Positions 26,368 to 26,421 of a DNA stretch of 26,421 nucleotides are shown here, piece by piece. The stretch's first letter is position 1. Every line of letters begins with the position of its first letter. The DNA lies in assembly GCA_965363745.1 (NCBI GenBank), contig CBDTVG010000001.1:1-26421 (forward strand), given 5' to 3'. Origin of the DNA: an uncultured Candidatus Electrothrix sp. (GTDB lineage: Bacteria > Desulfobacterota > Desulfobulbia > Desulfobulbales > Desulfobulbaceae). A program made the position numbers and the translations under genes. Under the pieces are notes generated by a model. That model saw only the letters and a program-made list of their open reading frames with translations, was not told the origin of the DNA and did no database searches.

Positions 26368-26421
26368 GGCATGCTTCATATCCCGGTTGACACTTTTCCA
26401 AAAAATCATTCATAAAGTTGG
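26368..26421. mobile_element. Partial copy (one end) of the GGCATGCTTCA-ended MITE family, truncated by the window edge
   Basis: GGCATGCTTCATATCCCGGTTGACACTTT begins 8 nt after the NRPS stop codon and matches the short-spacer end type seen at 1-51 and 8950-8977. Confidence 0.78.

Overview
The window is almost entirely one bacterial hybrid NRPS-PKS biosynthetic gene cluster in two divergent arms. The left arm (minus strand) has a type II thioesterase and a terminal NRPS module, C-A(Ser)-T-TE. The right arm (plus strand) has, in order: a proline-processing trio (prolyl-carrier dehydrogenase, stand-alone Pro adenylation enzyme and free carrier protein, of the AnaB/C/D, PltE/F/L, RedW/M/O type); an unusual C-ACP-KS-AT-DH-ER-KR-ACP protein lacking an A domain; a Cy-A(Cys)[Ox]-T thiazole-forming NRPS; and a formyltransferase-A(Gly)-T-C NRPS. 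Docking-domain signatures suggest the order PKS -> thiazole module -> Ser/TE module. The cluster has two apparent starter systems (oxidised proline and N-formyl-glycine) and two orphan C domains, so its assembly logic and product are not ones I recognise. Intergenic DNA is rich in small mobile elements. A GGCATGCTTCA-ended MITE family lies just after four stop codons; one complete 182-bp copy has an 8-bp target duplication overlapping the probable PKS start codon, and both window ends are cut inside copies. The divergent spacer holds a tandem pair of another MITE, a collapsed IS66-type remnant and a GTAG-type REP. No rRNA, tRNA or CRISPR array was seen. Domain and substrate calls come from motifs read by eye, not database searches.
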